Assembly: GCA_027028665.1 (NCBI GenBank)
Contig: JALVIU010000206.1
Span: forward strand, 1-32,701
DNA length: 32,701 nt
From: Candidatus Atribacteria bacterium
GTDB taxonomy: Bacteria; Atribacterota; JALVIU01
Direction of reading: 5' to 3'
The position numbers and the translations under genes were made by a program. The notes under the pieces were generated by a model. That model did not search any database. It was not told the DNA's origin and saw only the letters and a list, made by a program, of their open reading frames with translations. Each line of letters begins with the position of its first letter. Position 1 is the stretch's first letter. Positions 17,996-25,381 of this stretch are shown here, piece after piece.

Positions 17996-18936
17996 TTTAT
18001 ATTTTTGAGATTTTCCATTACTTCATCACTCAATATACCAATCATTTCAAAACTCATAAGCAGGGCACCGCCTATAGGTGTAAGTACAGGTTCTCTAAGT
18101 TCAAAACCTAAGATTCTTAATTTTTCCTTGACTATCTTTTTATAATATGAAGATGTGAAAACTCCACCTGCATATGAGATATAGTCATCCTTTATCCCGC
18201 GTTTTACAGGTCCTACGCCCTTAAGGAGCTTTTCTATATTCTCTTCTATAATAGTTCTTGCTACAAAATCTCCTTTTTCTGCAGTGTTTATTACATGTGG
18301 AGCGAAAGAGGCCACCTTTTTTCTTCCTGCCTTTTTTATATAGAAAAAATTTACTACATCTGTGATGGTAGAAAGCCCAAAATGTTCTCTTAATGCTCCT
18401 TCGAGTGCTGTAGCAGGACCCATGCCCTCCCAATAGCTCATTACACTCCTTATGGCATCATACGATATACGAAAACCACTTCCCTCATCACCTAATAGAT
18501 GGCCCCATCCACCTGCCTTGTAGTGTTTTCTGTTTTCATCTATCCCTATTATCATAGAACCTGTGCCAGATAGTACAATCATACCCTTTTTCCTTCTACC
18601 TATTGCTCCAATAGTTGCTATGTAACAGTCATTTCGAACCTCTATTTTCTTTGATTTCACTACCTTTCCAAGCTCTTTGGCAAGATATATGTTCAATTCT
18701 CTTTCAAATCCAGCACCGCCAATTCCTGCAACTACTGCATCAAATTCTCTGTATTCAAAAGATGAGAGAGCTTCTTTTACTGAGTTTACCATTCCTTCTA
18801 CGCCTACTACAAGGTGATTTGATGGACCTCCCTTACCCTCATAAAGTAGGTTTCCCTTCTCATCTGTAACTGCCACCTTCGTTTTTGTGCCTCCACCATC
18901 TATTCCTAAGAACAAATTTAACCACTCCTTTCCCAA
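17992..18936 (-). CDS. BadF/BadG/BcrA/BcrD-type ASKHA ATPase (N-acetylglucosamine-kinase-like sugar kinase)
   Basis: LGIDGGGTKTK phosphate-1 motif, VLSGTGS and GGWGHLLGDEGSG. The likely true start is the TTG at 18915, 9 nt after an AAGGAG SD, rather than the track start at 18936. A 4-nt overlap joins it to larA. Confidence 0.75.
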   Translation of the reverse strand: MGKEWLNLFLGIDGGGTKTKVAVTDEKGNLLYEGKGGPSNHLVVGVEGMVNSVKEALSSFEYREFDAVVAGIGGAGFERELNIYLAKELGKVVKSKKIEVRNDCYIATIGAIGRRKKGMIVLSGTGSMIIGIDENRKHYKAGGWGHLLGDEGSGFRISYDAIRSVMSYWEGMGPATALEGALREHFGLSTITDVVNFFYIKKAGRKKVASFAPHVINTAEKGDFVARTIIEENIEKLLKGVGPVKRGIKDDYISYAGGVFTSSYYKKIVKEKLRILGFELREPVLTPIGGALLMSFEMIGILSDEVMENLKNIK

Positions 18937-19084
18937 GACTTCTTTTATAATAGTAGCATATTACAAAAGATACCGCAATTTTTTTGCTAATTTTTTCTAT
19001 AAGGATGGATCTATTGACAATATAGAAAAATATATGCTATCTTTCTTATGTAAAAGGTTTGTTTAGAATAATTTCTTAGATACC

Positions 19085-19113
19085 TTGACAAATATTTTTA
19101 CTTATTTTAAAAT
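19085..19113 (+). promoter_or_regulatory. Promoter of cheW
   Basis: TTGACA (19085-19090), 17-nt spacer, TAAAAT (19108-19113). Confidence 0.5.
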
Positions 19114-19133
19114 GAAATAAAGGCGTAAAAAGT

Positions 19134-19682
19134 ATGAAAGGGGGAAGGAGAGGTATGGATGAAGAAAAAAGAGATGTAGTCGAGCTTCAACTTGTAGTTT
19201 TTAAAATTGGAAGTGAAGAGTACGGTGTAGAGATCTCGGAAGTGCAAGAAATCAATAGAATGATTGAGATTACCAAGATTCCAAGAGCACCTGAGTTTGT
19301 AGAGGGTGTTATAAATCTCCGTGGTAAAGTTATCCCTGTGATTGACTTGAGAAAGAGATTTGGTATGCAGAAAAAAGAATATGATAAAAACTCCAGAATT
19401 ATAGTAGTGGAGATAGATGGCAAACTCGTAGGGATGATAGTAGATGCGGTTACAGAAGTATTAAGGATTACAAGTGATAATATAGAGCCTCCACCTCCTA
19501 TCATTGCAGGTATTGGTTCAGAATATCTAAAAGGTGTAGGAAAGTTAGATAATAGAATGCTTATCCTCCTTGACCTCTCTAAGGTGCTTACAGATGTAGA
19601 AAAGGAACATCTCCTTGAGCTCCAGGAAAGAAAAGATCTGGGAGCAGAAGAGGAGAAACAGGAAGCAGAAGTTACTACATAG
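19134..19682 (+). CDS. cheW: Chemotaxis coupling protein CheW
   Basis: LVVFKIGSEEYGVEISEVQEI, IPRAPEFVEGVINLRGKVIPVIDLRKRFG and IVVEIDGKLVGMIVDAVTEVL are classic CheW-domain motifs. The alternative start at ATG 19155 follows AAGGAG. The C-terminal tail is acidic. Confidence 0.85.
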   Translation: MKGGRRGMDEEKRDVVELQLVVFKIGSEEYGVEISEVQEINRMIEITKIPRAPEFVEGVINLRGKVIPVIDLRKRFGMQKKEYDKNSRIIVVEIDGKLVGMIVDAVTEVLRITSDNIEPPPPIIAGIGSEYLKGVGKLDNRMLILLDLSKVLTDVEKEHLLELQERKDLGAEEEKQEAEVTT

Positions 19683-19720
19683 ACTTAACAAAAACTTTAT
19701 AAGATAGGGTTAGTTTTCAT

Positions 19721-19750
19721 TAACTAAAGGGGCAGATGCCCCTTTAGTTA
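19721..19750. terminator. Bidirectional hairpin between cheW and the convergent DGC-domain gene
   Basis: 13-bp perfect stem: TAACTAAAGGGGC, loop AGAT, GCCCCTTTAGTTA. It overlaps the minus-strand stop codon. Confidence 0.65.
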
Positions 19751-20155
19751 ATTTTTTTCCTTTATTTTATTTATAATCTTATTAGATATTCTTTCTACAT
19801 CTTTTTCGTCAAAATCAAGTGTAGGAACCTTTTCTATACCTTCTTCTGAAACAGTAATTTCATAGTATGGTTTGATCCCTTTATCCTTAACTACCTTTGA
19901 TGCACACTTTAATGGACATCCATTTATTACTATTAATTTTGGAGATTTTTTTGCAATATCTACATGAAGCTTAGAACCCGCAGCAATTGCAGTAATGCAA
20001 CACATCCTTGCAGCCTCTATCTCTTTTGTGAGTTTTACAGCTACCATATGGCCTATTTGCCCTACACTTGATGCCCCATCGCATGCAACTATTATATCTA
20101 AGCGTTCTGCTTCTTTTCCGCAGTTTGGCAAAATTTGCCAGCCATTTTTTGTCAT
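19748..20155 (-). CDS. DGC-domain (putative zinc-binding, Cys-rich) protein
   Basis: 135 aa. The pattern ACDGASSVGQ ... MCCITAIAAG ... INGCPLKCA matches my memory of the Pfam DGC family. GGAGGG SD upstream. Confidence 0.5.
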   Translation of the reverse strand: MTKNGWQILPNCGKEAERLDIIVACDGASSVGQIGHMVAVKLTKEIEAARMCCITAIAAGSKLHVDIAKKSPKLIVINGCPLKCASKVVKDKGIKPYYEITVSEEGIEKVPTLDFDEKDVERISNKIINKIKEKN

Positions 20156-20274
20156 AGTATATCCCTCCTTTTTGGATTAATAATATGGTAGAAGGGGGAA
20201 TATACTATGAACCTACCCAACAGCAGTGACAGTGTTTATGTTTGCATTTAGACCTTATTTTTTTCATTATTAAT

Positions 20275-20303
20275 ATGATATATTGTAAATTGTTTTTTGT
20301 CAA
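20275..20303 (-). promoter_or_regulatory. Candidate promoter of the DGC-domain gene
   Basis: On the minus strand: TTGACA (rc of 20298-20303), 17-nt spacer, TATCAT (rc of 20275-20280). It would give a roughly 115-nt leader. Confidence 0.4.
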
Positions 20304-20393
20304 GCGAATATTCGAAGATTCGAAAATAAATATTTATTGTAATCCTATTTATGATATAATTGAGAAGATTTAATTGAGATAAAGGAGGGAGAT

Positions 20394-21758
20394 ATGGGAT
20401 TTTTAGGTGAAAACTATTTACTTACAAATTCTTATGCCAGGATACTCTTTGATACCATAAAGGATATGCCCATAGTAGATCCTCATAACCATGCAGATAT
20501 AAAGGAGATCGTGGATAATACTCCATGGACAGACATATGGGAGGTAGAGGGGGCTACAGATCATTATGTATGGGAACTTATGAGAAAAAGGGGTATCCCT
20601 GAGGAAAAGATTACAGGGAATGCAACAAATAAAGAAAAATGGATGGCATTATGTGAAGTATTTCCAGAATTTGTCGGAAACCCCGTTTATGAATGGGTAC
20701 ATCTGGATCTAAAACATATATTCGGTATAGATGATGTTATATCTTCTTATACAGCTGAAAAGATCTGGCAGGAGACTTCTCGTATCTTAAAAGAGGACAG
20801 GATGAGACCCCAGAGCCTTTTAAAATTAATGAATGTTGAGATATTATCTACCACAGATGACCCTACAGATGACCTTGCCTATCACGAAAGGGCAAGGGAA
20901 TTAGAGGGAGTACACATTACTCCTACATGGCGCCCAGATAAGGCAATGAACATAGAAAGCAAGGGATGGAGAGAGTATGTAAAGAGATTAGGTGATGCAA
21001 ACGGTAGAGATACCTCTACCTTTGATGGCTTCTTAGAGGCACTTTCTGTAAGCCATCAAAGATTTGCAGAACACGGGTGTGTGGCAAGTGATCATGGCAT
21101 ACTAAGACCCGTTTCTTTTCCTGTGGATAAAAAAGATATAAGTAAAATTTTTGATAAGGCAGTTAGAGGCGAAAAACTTAGCTCCCAGGAAGTTCTTTCT
21201 TTTAAATCTTATATGCTTCTGACGTTTGGAAAAATGAATAAAGAGAGAGGCTGGGTAATGCAGCTTCACATAGGGGCCCTTAGAAACTACCGGGATAGCC
21301 TATATAGAAGTTTGGGCCTTGATTCAGGTGGTGATATATCTACAAATGCATTGGATATAGCAGGAAATCTCCGTTATTTCCTTAATCAGTTTGACGGAGA
21401 GCTTAAAATAGTACTTTATGTACTTGATCCTACACATCTACCTACTATTGCCACTATTGCAAGGGCGTTTCCCAACGTGAGTCTTGGTGCTGCATGGTGG
21501 TATAATGATACACCCTTTGGCATGAAAATACACCTTGAATACATAGCTACCGTAGACCTTTTATATAACTTTGCTGGTATGGTAACAGATTCTCGAAAGC
21601 TCTTGTCTTATGGTTCTCGTACAGAGATGTTCAGGAGGGTGCTCTCCAGTGTGGTAGGGGAGTGGATAGAAAGAGGACAGATACCGCTGAAAGAAGGCAT
21701 GAGACTTGTAGAAGAGGTAAGCTACTATAGACCTCGTAAACTTTTTTACGGAAAATAA
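20394..21758 (+). CDS. uxaC: Glucuronate (uronate) isomerase
   Basis: 454 aa. MPIVDPHNH, GNPVYEWVHLDL, STTDDP, TWRPDKAMNIE, HGCVASDHG, LHIGALRN, GAAWWYND and MVTDSRKLLSY align with E. coli UxaC as I remember it. AAGGAGGGAG SD upstream. Confidence 0.9.
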   Translation: MGFLGENYLLTNSYARILFDTIKDMPIVDPHNHADIKEIVDNTPWTDIWEVEGATDHYVWELMRKRGIPEEKITGNATNKEKWMALCEVFPEFVGNPVYEWVHLDLKHIFGIDDVISSYTAEKIWQETSRILKEDRMRPQSLLKLMNVEILSTTDDPTDDLAYHERARELEGVHITPTWRPDKAMNIESKGWREYVKRLGDANGRDTSTFDGFLEALSVSHQRFAEHGCVASDHGILRPVSFPVDKKDISKIFDKAVRGEKLSSQEVLSFKSYMLLTFGKMNKERGWVMQLHIGALRNYRDSLYRSLGLDSGGDISTNALDIAGNLRYFLNQFDGELKIVLYVLDPTHLPTIATIARAFPNVSLGAAWWYNDTPFGMKIHLEYIATVDLLYNFAGMVTDSRKLLSYGSRTEMFRRVLSSVVGEWIERGQIPLKEGMRLVEEVSYYRPRKLFYGK

Positions 21759-21801
21759 GATTAAGTAGTATATGACTTAAAATTATAATATGTAAAGGAT
21801 A

Positions 21802-21829
21802 GGAGACTACTCTTATAAGAGTAGTCTCC
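21802..21829. terminator. Bidirectional hairpin between uxaC and the convergent DUF4332 gene
   Basis: Perfect 28-nt palindrome GGAGACTACTCTTATAAGAGTAGTCTCC. Confidence 0.65.
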
Positions 21830-21836
21830 TAATGTA

Positions 21837-22241
21837 TTAGTAGTTTATTATGCGGGGAAGCTCTTTTGCCTGTGCTATCCAATCCTCTACCTGTGAAAGG
21901 GAGGGAAGTTTGCGTACAAGTTTTTTCTTCTCATTTATTTCAGTCATCTTCTTCAGCAGGTTTTCAGGATTTCTCTGGGCAAGTTCAGGTACAGTGTCAA
22001 CTCCTGCAATCTCCAGTAGGTCTGCATACTGGGTACTTATTCCCTTTATCCTGGCAAGATCTGCCCTATTTACCCACTTTAATATGAGTTTTTCACTTAT
22101 ACCTGATTTCTCTGCTATCTCTTTGCGCCCTTTTCTTGTACTTCCCTTTTCCAGAAGTTCTTCAATGCTGCTGATCCCGATCTCTTCAAGTTTTTTTGCA
22201 TAGACCTCTCCTATGCCTTCGATATCTGCTAATTTAGCCAT
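21837..22241 (-). CDS. DUF4332 (helix-hairpin-helix) domain protein
   Basis: 134 aa. LADIEGIGEVYAKKLEEIGI, LILKWVNRADLARIKGI, VDTVPELAQRNPENL and LPSLSQVEDWIAQAKELP match the conserved DUF4332 small-protein family as I remember it. GGAGGAG SD upstream. Confidence 0.6.
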   Translation of the reverse strand: MAKLADIEGIGEVYAKKLEEIGISSIEELLEKGSTRKGRKEIAEKSGISEKLILKWVNRADLARIKGISTQYADLLEIAGVDTVPELAQRNPENLLKKMTEINEKKKLVRKLPSLSQVEDWIAQAKELPRIINY

Positions 22242-22320
22242 AAATTCTCCTCCTTTTTGGATTCTTACAATGAGGATAAAATAAAATTAATAAAATGTCA
22301 ATATAAAAATAGAAAATTTT

Positions 22321-24219
22321 CTACTTTATCTCAATAGTGTGTGCAGAAAACCAATCGAGGTCTTTTAGCTCCTTTGGGGTGGTGATATCAGATATATCAT
22401 AGACTACAATACCGTTTTCCCCATCTGCTATCCATAAAATATCCCCATCAATTACTATATTCCATGCATAACCCTTTGTGTCTATTGAGGAGGCCAATGT
22501 AGGAACAGTATATACAGAAGTTATCTTCAGTGCCTTTACACCCCCTTCTCCCAGTGCCAGAAAGAGATAATTACCATCTTTTTTTATCCTTACAATAGGG
22601 GATGTAAACTTCATGGTACCTATAACTTCGATCTTTTTTGGATTTTCAAGAGATATGATCTCTAATGTTCCATTTTTTTCTCCCAGATATATAATATCAT
22701 CTATCTTATAAATTGAGGTAACAGGGGATTTTGTTTTATATCTTCTTAAGACTTTTATACCCTTTTTATCTGTTATATCAATTACAAAAAATCCTGCCTT
22801 ACCATCTGCCATATATATGATATTACCTTCTGGATAAAGGTCGTATAAATTGCCATCTGTAGCATATTTTTTTACAAGTTCTGGAGCAGTTTTATCCTTT
22901 TTCGTACTGTAAAAGAAAAGCCCATAATCCAGTGCGCATACATATATATCATCTTCCTTTTTATACAATCGAAAGGCCCTTGGTGGAATATTTGATATAC
23001 CATCTATTCTATAAGGCTCTCCATCTTCCTTAATACTTAGGGCGCTTAAATACCCCTTTTGTAAAAAATATCCGTATTTTTTATCCTTGTAGAAATCCAC
23101 TGCTCCTTTTAACGTTCTATACCAGTTTATCGGCACCATTTTCTTTTTATCTAAAATGATTAAACCATCTTTTTCATCTACTGCATAGATGAATTTATTA
23201 TCTTTTGTAATTGATATACAGTCTGTATATAGATTGAGGGTTTTCTTTTTGAATATGCGTTCTATATTGTCAATATTTACTATCTCTATGCCATATTTCC
23301 CCATAGAAAGATAAATGTAGTTCATGAGATACACAAGGTCTTCTATGGAATGATTTGCCTTAAATATACCTACCTTTTTTATCTTTGCAGAGACCTCTGT
23401 ACCCTTTTTTGTCTTTTTCTTGTTTATCTGAAGCTCAAAGACCCTTAAGGTAAAGCCATTATCATCTACTGCAAATAGATAATCCTCATACAGTAAGAAA
23501 TATTCTATATTATCCCCTACCTTTTTGCTCTTTATGAGTTTGGGTGTTTCAGGTTCTCTAATATCATATATAGATAGTGTATCCCTCTTTACCACAAATA
23601 AATAGTTGTCTCTTACAGAAAGATGGAAGGAAAAAGGGGCATCTTTTTTTGTTTTAGGTATCAGGACAGTTACTTTTTTGGGGTTTTTGGGCTCTTTTGC
23701 ATTTATAATAACAAGGCCTTCAGAGGATGCAGTATATATATACCTATCCCTTGCTACCACATCATAGAATATATTATTATCATTGTATATACCCATTTTT
23801 GATGGTACCTTTTTATCCCTTAGATCTACAATTAATATACCTGATATGCCGTAAGGTATATACATCCTGTTTCTCTCTATAAATATCTTATGTGGATAGG
23901 AAGAGGGGTAGGGATACTTTTCTATTTGAGGTACAAACCTACTTATAAGCTCTGGATTTTCTGGATCTTTCAGTGAGTATATATAGACCCCGTTTTTATC
24001 CCCTATATATAGATAGTTATCTTCTACGTGTGTTGTAATGATCCCTGTATCTTTTAGAAGGTGTTTTTTTATCTCTAACTTATCTATTTTTTTAAATTTT
24101 ACTATATATAAACCTTCTTTACCACCTATATATAAGTGGTTTTTTATAGGTTTTTCTCCATATGCAATATTACATAATAAGAAAATGGTAAAAATTAAGG
24201 CCAATATGCCCTTTTTCAT
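22321..24219 (-). CDS. Secreted LVIVD-repeat beta-propeller protein
   Basis: 632 aa. Signal peptide MKKGILALIFTIFLLCNIAYG. There are at least 9 degenerate repeats of the type G-hydrophobic-x-I/V-hydrophobic-D/N-hydrophobic-x-D/N-P-x-x-P-K (GILIVDLRDKKVP, GLVIINAKEPKNP, LSIYDIREPETP, GVYIYSLKDPENP, GFFVIDITDKKG, GIVVYDISDITTP). Confidence 0.65.
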   Translation of the reverse strand: MKKGILALIFTIFLLCNIAYGEKPIKNHLYIGGKEGLYIVKFKKIDKLEIKKHLLKDTGIITTHVEDNYLYIGDKNGVYIYSLKDPENPELISRFVPQIEKYPYPSSYPHKIFIERNRMYIPYGISGILIVDLRDKKVPSKMGIYNDNNIFYDVVARDRYIYTASSEGLVIINAKEPKNPKKVTVLIPKTKKDAPFSFHLSVRDNYLFVVKRDTLSIYDIREPETPKLIKSKKVGDNIEYFLLYEDYLFAVDDNGFTLRVFELQINKKKTKKGTEVSAKIKKVGIFKANHSIEDLVYLMNYIYLSMGKYGIEIVNIDNIERIFKKKTLNLYTDCISITKDNKFIYAVDEKDGLIILDKKKMVPINWYRTLKGAVDFYKDKKYGYFLQKGYLSALSIKEDGEPYRIDGISNIPPRAFRLYKKEDDIYVCALDYGLFFYSTKKDKTAPELVKKYATDGNLYDLYPEGNIIYMADGKAGFFVIDITDKKGIKVLRRYKTKSPVTSIYKIDDIIYLGEKNGTLEIISLENPKKIEVIGTMKFTSPIVRIKKDGNYLFLALGEGGVKALKITSVYTVPTLASSIDTKGYAWNIVIDGDILWIADGENGIVVYDISDITTPKELKDLDWFSAHTIEIK

Positions 24220-25001
24220 TTTTTCTCCAGTATAGATGGGATCTCCTTTAATGAAAGAATCATATAGTCTGGCATAAATTCAAATATATCATCTCTCTGC
24301 AGGATCTCTTTTTTCCATGCCTCTTTATAAAATGGAATAAAATCGGGATGAGATACTCTTTCCCATGGGGAAAGTTCCTTTAGACTCTCTGGTACATCAA
24401 ATCTATAGATCCATATAAATTCTGCACCCACCCTCTTTGTTGGTATCATATCAAAATATAGCCAGTCTCCTACATATAGATGTCTTTCTCCTTTTTCCCT
24501 CATAAGGGTTTTTTCAAGGTAGTCTTTTATAGGTTTTCCGTATCCTACCATATCATTTGTATAGATTTCCTTAAAGTACTTATCAAGTCCTCTGCTTTTG
24601 AGTACAGGTATCTGGTAGGCAGTATAGCCATTTGTTATAAGGATCATGGTAAGGTCTTTTCTTTGACTCAAAAGTTCAAGGGTATCTTTTACATCAGGAT
24701 ATACATATACGGCATCTTCATTTTGCACCGCCTTTTTAACCCAATCTGATAGCTTTTCCTTAAATTCTATTTCGTATTTTTCCGCGATCTTTTTTACAAT
24801 GTCGTCCCAATCAAAAGGATATACAAATTTTTTGGATACATTAAGCCTTCTTCTATGTTCTTCTATGATTTCATTTATTATTTCCCTCTCTTCCTTATCT
24901 ACCCCGTTTTCTTTAAAATATTTTACAATCCAGGGAAATATATAGGGTCTAAAAGGTCCACGTACAAGTACACCATCCATATCAAATCCAAGTATTATCA
25001 T
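24216..25001 (-). CDS. HAD-superfamily hydrolase (phosphatase-like) with a large cap insertion
   Basis: Motif I FDMDGVLV directly follows the ATG at 25001, which has an AAGGAG SD 7 nt upstream; the track TTG at 25037 has none. Motif II is ILITNG, motif III GYGKP and motif IV GDWLYFD. Its stop overlaps the LVIVD gene start by 4 nt. Confidence 0.75.
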   Translation of the reverse strand: MIILGFDMDGVLVRGPFRPYIFPWIVKYFKENGVDKEEREIINEIIEEHRRRLNVSKKFVYPFDWDDIVKKIAEKYEIEFKEKLSDWVKKAVQNEDAVYVYPDVKDTLELLSQRKDLTMILITNGYTAYQIPVLKSRGLDKYFKEIYTNDMVGYGKPIKDYLEKTLMREKGERHLYVGDWLYFDMIPTKRVGAEFIWIYRFDVPESLKELSPWERVSHPDFIPFYKEAWKKEILQRDDIFEFMPDYMILSLKEIPSILEKK

Positions 25002-25037
25002 TTGTAAACTCCTTATTTTTATATTAAAGTTGTTCAA

Positions 25038-25066
25038 ATTTTATCATATAAATTCTTCTTTTACAA
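25038..25066 (-). promoter_or_regulatory. Candidate promoter of the HAD/LVIVD operon
   Basis: On the minus strand: TTGTAA (rc of 25061-25066), 17-nt spacer, TAAAAT preceded by TG (rc of 25038-25043). Confidence 0.45.
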
Positions 25067-25312
25067 GTTTACTATAAAGAAGTTGTCTTTTGTTATGTTA
25101 TCTTTTTGGAGGTATAGATTTTTATATTTGCATCTTTATATTTATGATTATTCCAGCAAAATTTGTATTTTATAATAAAAACTATAAAAAAACCAAAAAA
25201 ATAAAGATTGGCAAAGATATGTTTTTCTTAAGATATTAAGGCAATCCTTATTCCTTATTATACATAAATAGGTTATAAGAAAAAATAATTATTTAACAAT
25301 TGATTTGCAATA

Positions 25313-25342
25313 TTGACAAGAAGAGTGATTAAAGGTTATAAT
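25313..25342 (+). promoter_or_regulatory. Promoter of the DUF917-ABC operon
   Basis: TTGACA (25313-25318), 18-nt spacer, TATAAT (25337-25342). It gives a roughly 35-nt leader with a GGGAGATGG SD before the ATG at 25382. Confidence 0.55.
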
Positions 25343-25381
25343 TATTTACAATAACGTTAACCTAATCTGGGAGATGGATAT

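Noticed and set aside
20207-20251. 14-codon ORF (MNLPNSSDSVYVCI) with an upstream AAGGGGGA, in the DGC/uxaC intergenic region
   Set aside because: It lies upstream of the predicted uxaC promoter and antisense to the predicted DGC-gene leader, so no predicted transcript covers it in the sense direction. It is too short to evaluate and has no recognisable leader-peptide logic for uxaC.
25095-25178. 27-codon ORF and possible sRNA or riboswitch in the 380-bp AT-rich gap between the HAD and DUF917 operons
   Set aside because: There is no SD and no conserved-looking structured element. The DUF917 leader predicted from its promoter is only about 35 nt. The region reads as A-tract-rich spacer DNA between divergent promoters.
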